From the IMG/VR virus record IMGVR_UViG_3300045923_000198: a DNA stretch of 20,000 bases. One strand, given 5' to 3'. The notes under the pieces are model-generated. The model was not told where the DNA came from. It was given only the letters and a program-made list of their open reading frames with translations, and ran no database searches. This stretch comes from an uncultured virus (IMG/VR IMGVR_UViG_3300045923_000198) (lineage: Duplodnaviria > Heunggongvirae > Uroviricota > Caudoviricetes). Positions within the stretch are counted from its first letter, which is position 1; every line of letters begins with the position of its first letter. Position numbers and translations under genes: made by a program. Shown piece after piece: positions 16,508 through 20,000 of the stretch.

Positions 16508-18756
16508 GCTGTGGCCTCCTCGTCGGCGGGCGGCAAGCCCTCGGGAGCCTTGCCGGTCTTGATGACACTCAGGAGCCACTTCGAGGGCTCTTCCTTGAGG
16601 TGGCCAAGCACGAACGTTGTCAGCAACTCGGCGAACCATTCCATGTGGTTCTTGCGCGAGTAGGTCGTGGGGACCCAATCGTGGAGCTGCACTTCGTAGC
16701 GGTCGTCGGGCTTGCTGATCTCTCCCTTCAGAGTCTCATAGACCTCGTGCCGTTCCTTCTCGACCTCTTTCAGCTCCCGCTCCTTCGCCTCGTCCTTCCC
16801 CACGTAAGTCAACGTGGAGGCAGACTCCGGCACGACAAGCGGGCCTGGCCCACGACGATACATCGAGCTGCGGAGGAGGTACTTCTCCGGCGCTTCGATG
16901 ATCTCGATGAGGACGTCCCGGCCCTTCTTGCCGACGATCTTCCCCTTGATGTGGTACTGAACACCGTTTGACCAGGTGTCGTACTCGACCACGGTTCCCT
17001 TGCGTGGGAGCGGCCGGTGGATGTACTGCGTCTCTTCCAGTTCCTTGTAGCGCTTGTTGAGTACGTCGAGGCGCCGCTTCAGCACGTCTCGCGATCCCCC
17101 AGCTTGCGTGCGCTTCTGGCGCATGGCCCACATGAAGCGGGTCATGACCTCGACGTTGTTCTGGCCGCCCGGCACCACCTTGTCGTGGTAGTAGTGCGCC
17201 AGCTCGTGGATCAACGTGTGGAGGAAGCTTGCGTCCTCGTACGCCTTGGGTGCCACCTGGATCGCGGGTGGGCTCGAACCCATGTGGTACACGGCGGCTG
17301 CGTGCGAGCCGATGCCGCCACCGTAGAGCGCCACAAGGATGTTGTCCTGAAGCGGCACCCCGGCGGCCTGGTACTTCTGCTCGGACTCCAGGAGTAGCTT
17401 GCCAACTTCTTCGAGGTGCTCGGCGTGCTGCTTGATGTAGCGCACCTTGAACCGACCGAACTGCTCCTCGTTGAACTGCACTGCCGCGTGCCGGTTCTTG
17501 AGGGCGTCGCGAAGGCTCTGGTCCGGGCCGATGCCGAGGTTGTTCCGAAGCGTGTTCGCCATCGAGTGGGCCTCGTTGTACGAGATCCCCATCTCCTGCA
17601 TGATCTGACGGTCGCTCATCCCTGACATGAACAGGTGGGCGAAGTCGTGGAGCTTCTTGTCGAAGGCCCCGCCACCCGTGCACTTGCAGCCGCCAGCGGT
17701 CTTGCCGGCCGCCTCGGCTTCCGCCTGTGCCTTGAGCGCGTTCTCCTTCACGTCTGCACGCCAGACCTTGTAGAGCCCGAAGACCTTGTTCTGCTTGCGG
17801 CCCTTGGGAATCGGCTCGACTTCGATCGTGGGGTTGCCCCACTTGTCCGTACTGAAACCAACGATCTTGCCGCGCTTGTTCTTGTACTTGCCGTACAGAA
17901 CGATGTCGCCCGGCTTGAAGTAGTTCGCGTACTTGAGTGCGACGCTGGCGGCGAGTCGGTCCATTCCCCCTTGCTCGTCGAAAAGTAGCTTAGCCTGCTC
18001 CATCCGGTCGTAGACGCCCTTGAGGATGGTCGCCTTGTTCTTCGGCGTCAGATGGTCCTCGATGACCTTCCACGTCGTGGACAGAAGCAGCGCGTAGTGC
18101 AGGAGTTTCTGATTGGGGTGGGGGTCCTTCTCGGCGCGCTCCCGTAGCATCACATGCATCTGGTCGCTCTTGCCGACGTTGTGGATCACCTCGTCGGCGA
18201 TCTGCTGCATGAAGGCCCGGACCTCCGAGGGATCGTTGATGTATGGACCCCAGGCCGCCTCCCCCTTCTCCATGACTTCCTTGGGGGAGTAGGTCAGCCC
18301 TTTCATGTGATCCATCTCGGCGGCGTGCGTCGCCTCGTGGATCAGGAGTGAGTACAGGCCGTAGTTCAGGCACGTCTCAGCCCGGCACGAGTGAATGGGC
18401 TGGATGCGAAGAGGAGCCGTGAGGGACCCTTCTGTGTTCAGGTACTCGGCCGGAGTGAGCGCCCCGTTGATCTCCAGCTCGATCACCCCGGGACGTGTCC
18501 GGCCTCCGAGCACGGCAGCGTACTTGCCCTTAGCCTCACGAGCCGACACGTAAACGTCGTACCGAAGAGGGTAGCCTTTGACGGACTCGATCCGAAGCGG
18601 CTCTCCGCGGACGATCCCGTCCACATGCCCGATCGGCTCGTCTTGCTTCTGCCGGCGCAACCAGCGCACGATCTCCGGCACAAGCTGGCCTTCGACGAAC
18701 TGCGCAATCGCGCCCTTGTCGAGCCAGATCGGTCGGGTAGCAGAGCGGTCCATCAT
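16504..18756 (-). CDS. Multidomain polyvalent-type protein: two HExxH zincin domains, an SH3/KOW-like and an HTH-like module
   Basis: LIHEATH...DPSEVRA; FKPGDIVLYGKYKNKRGKIVG; MSGMSDRQIMQEMGISYNEAHSMANTLRNNLG; LIHELAH...YSRKNHMEWFAE. AGGAG RBS and an ATGA overlap with the upstream gene. Confidence 0.8.
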   Translation of the reverse strand: MMDRSATRPIWLDKGAIAQFVEGQLVPEIVRWLRRQKQDEPIGHVDGIVRGEPLRIESVKGYPLRYDVYVSAREAKGKYAAVLGGRTRPGVIELEINGALTPAEYLNTEGSLTAPLRIQPIHSCRAETCLNYGLYSLLIHEATHAAEMDHMKGLTYSPKEVMEKGEAAWGPYINDPSEVRAFMQQIADEVIHNVGKSDQMHVMLRERAEKDPHPNQKLLHYALLLSTTWKVIEDHLTPKNKATILKGVYDRMEQAKLLFDEQGGMDRLAASVALKYANYFKPGDIVLYGKYKNKRGKIVGFSTDKWGNPTIEVEPIPKGRKQNKVFGLYKVWRADVKENALKAQAEAEAAGKTAGGCKCTGGGAFDKKLHDFAHLFMSGMSDRQIMQEMGISYNEAHSMANTLRNNLGIGPDQSLRDALKNRHAAVQFNEEQFGRFKVRYIKQHAEHLEEVGKLLLESEQKYQAAGVPLQDNILVALYGGGIGSHAAAVYHMGSSPPAIQVAPKAYEDASFLHTLIHELAHYYHDKVVPGGQNNVEVMTRFMWAMRQKRTQAGGSRDVLKRRLDVLNKRYKELEETQYIHRPLPRKGTVVEYDTWSNGVQYHIKGKIVGKKGRDVLIEIIEAPEKYLLRSSMYRRGPGPLVVPESASTLTYVGKDEAKERELKEVEKERHEVYETLKGEISKPDDRYEVQLHDWVPTTYSRKNHMEWFAELLTTFVLGHLKEEPSKWLLSVIKTGKAPEGLPPADEEATA

Positions 18757-19862
18757 CGTCTCCTGACCAGGATGCGGTCGCCCTGGCTGTTCATAAGGGC
18801 GATCTGATCGTCTGACAGACGGTTGGGGTGCGTCGCGTAGAGCGTCACGGGTCCCTTTCGAAAGACGATCTTCACGCGAACCTCGCGGCCGCCCTTGTCC
18901 TGCCAGACATCGGCGACCGTGCCCTTCTCGCGCGCCCCGATGTCCAGGTCCCGGGAGCCTTTGAGCACTTCGATCGTGTCACGAGGCTTGAGTGCGAACT
19001 CGCCTCGGATCTTGTTCGGATCGTCCTGGACCTCGAAGAGCTTCTCGTGCTTGCGCTTCTGTTGGAGGATCTGGAACGAGGTCGGGATGGGATTCGAGGG
19101 CCGAAGGTGGATCCCGATGCGTGCCGTCTCGATCGCATCGTCCTTGCTCGGAGCATCATCAACGATGACCTTACCGTCGTTCGTGAGCACCTTCCAGACG
19201 TTACCCTCCTCCGTGACCCGCACGTCCACGCCGAGGATAGAGCCCTGGAAGAGCTTGGGGTGCACCTCGCGCAAATCAATGTCCTTGACCGGACGTTTGG
19301 CGACGTACTCCTTGGCGTCCTCGATCGACATGGGCACCATCTTGTGATCCGGGTGCACCACAAAGAGGTCCACGTCATGTACCCCCACGGTCATCGAGCA
19401 CCCAAGCCCGAAGTTGCAGATGTTGGCGTCGATCACCGCAGGCTGCTTCTCGGGGCCGTTCGGGTCGAACTCCACCTTGGGGTCGAGATGGTGAAACGTG
19501 GTGCCGATCGCGTCGTACTTCGCGAGGAAGAGGTCGTCCCCGTAGCGGCCGCCCCGCAGCCGGTTGCCGACCTCGATGACCTCCGTAACGTTCTCGGCCC
19601 ACGATGCTCCGTGAGCACGTTCAGCGGGAGTCGAGTAGGTGCCGCCCGTGATCTGGCCAGTCTTGAGGATGCGGACCAGCTCCTCCCCGTCGAAGATGCG
19701 GTAGAGGGTGAAGCTGGAATCGAACTCGGCGACGATCTGGTTCGGCAGAGACGTGAACCGCTGGCGGATCTTGTTCGTCGCGTCACGGTCGATGAGGATG
19801 CGGACCGTGCGCGCGTAACGCACTCGAAAGCGCGTCAGAACACGGGTAGTCAGCGCGTCCAT
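18753..19862 (-). CDS. Hypothetical multidomain protein (possible ART-like N-terminal domain, C-terminal SH3/KOW-like)
   Basis: 369-aa ORF translationally coupled to the next gene. Contains TLYRIFDGEELVRILKTGQI...GASWA and LKPRDTIEVLKG...EKGTVADV. Confidence 0.75.
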   Translation of the reverse strand: MDALTTRVLTRFRVRYARTVRILIDRDATNKIRQRFTSLPNQIVAEFDSSFTLYRIFDGEELVRILKTGQITGGTYSTPAERAHGASWAENVTEVIEVGNRLRGGRYGDDLFLAKYDAIGTTFHHLDPKVEFDPNGPEKQPAVIDANICNFGLGCSMTVGVHDVDLFVVHPDHKMVPMSIEDAKEYVAKRPVKDIDLREVHPKLFQGSILGVDVRVTEEGNVWKVLTNDGKVIVDDAPSKDDAIETARIGIHLRPSNPIPTSFQILQQKRKHEKLFEVQDDPNKIRGEFALKPRDTIEVLKGSRDLDIGAREKGTVADVWQDKGGREVRVKIVFRKGPVTLYATHPNRLSDDQIALMNSQGDRILVRRR

Positions 19863-19865
19863 GCC

Positions 19866-20000
19866 CTACCGCCGGCATCGAAACAGAACCGCCCCAGGAG
19901 GGACGATGAGCTGTTCGAGCCAGCCGTAGAACCCGTTGATGTCCGCGAATTGAGGGAAGAATCTGGACGCGCCGCCGGCGTCGCCAGGGTCGGTCCCCCC
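19866..20000 (-). CDS. C-terminal fragment of an upstream hypothetical protein
   Basis: Open frame from the window edge (GGTDPGDAGGASRFFPQFADINGFYGWLEQLIVPPGAVLFRCRR*), stopping 3 nt before ATG 19862. Confidence 0.4.
   Translation of the reverse strand, partial: GGTDPGDAGGASRFFPQFADINGFYGWLEQLIVPPGAVLFRCRR

Noticed and set aside
16508..16678. Upstream extension of the TopIB-like ORF
   Set aside because: Overlaps the 750-aa gene. GTG 16507 has a GAGGAGG RBS and stop-start coupling.
16736..17842. 368-aa alternative-frame ORF inside the 750-aa gene
   Set aside because: Low-complexity R/G/P/A composition typical of off-frame GC-rich translation.
3855..19890. GGT[TC]C-pyrimidine-rich motif upstream of several minus-strand genes as a late promoter
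   Set aside because: Instances (GGTCCGTTTTTCAA, GGTTCTCTCTATAG, AGTTCACCTTTTG, GGTTCTGTTTCGAT) are too degenerate and variably spaced to support from this window alone.
1..20000. CRISPR arrays, tRNA/rRNA genes, alternative genetic code
   Set aside because: No spaced direct repeats or cloverleaf signatures noticed. Genes tile densely under code 11 using TGA, TAA and TAG stops.

Overview
GC-rich, densely coded 20 kb segment that most resembles a large (jumbo-type) dsDNA bacteriophage genome. It has short or overlapping intergenic spaces and many orphan ORFs, and I found no rRNA, tRNA or CRISPR array. Recognisable genes: an adjacent PRPP-synthetase-like plus NAMPT-like pair (architecture of the phage NAD+ reconstitution pathway NARP1, Adps+Namat), an HNH endonuclease, RNase HII, a Dam-family methyltransferase, a small protein with a ClpX-type C4 zinc finger, a calcineurin-like metallophosphoesterase, a GT-B glycosyltransferase, a degenerate topoisomerase IB, and large polyvalent-type proteins with HExxH zincin domains. 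Three patterns stand out beyond the annotation. (1) RNase HII and Dam end in the same 14-aa peptide TSLFDLAMSGELDD, encoded with synonymous differences only, suggesting a shared docking tag. (2) Four unrelated minus-strand proteins carry an [LI]xx[RS]Vxx[RK][FY] helix at a terminus or domain boundary, suggesting a virion-targeting or processing signal. (3) A YGGTGTA element sits 9-14 nt before five start codons, including a symmetric divergent pair, suggesting a phage promoter that drives leaderless or short-leader mRNAs. All family calls come from motif recognition by eye, not from database searches.
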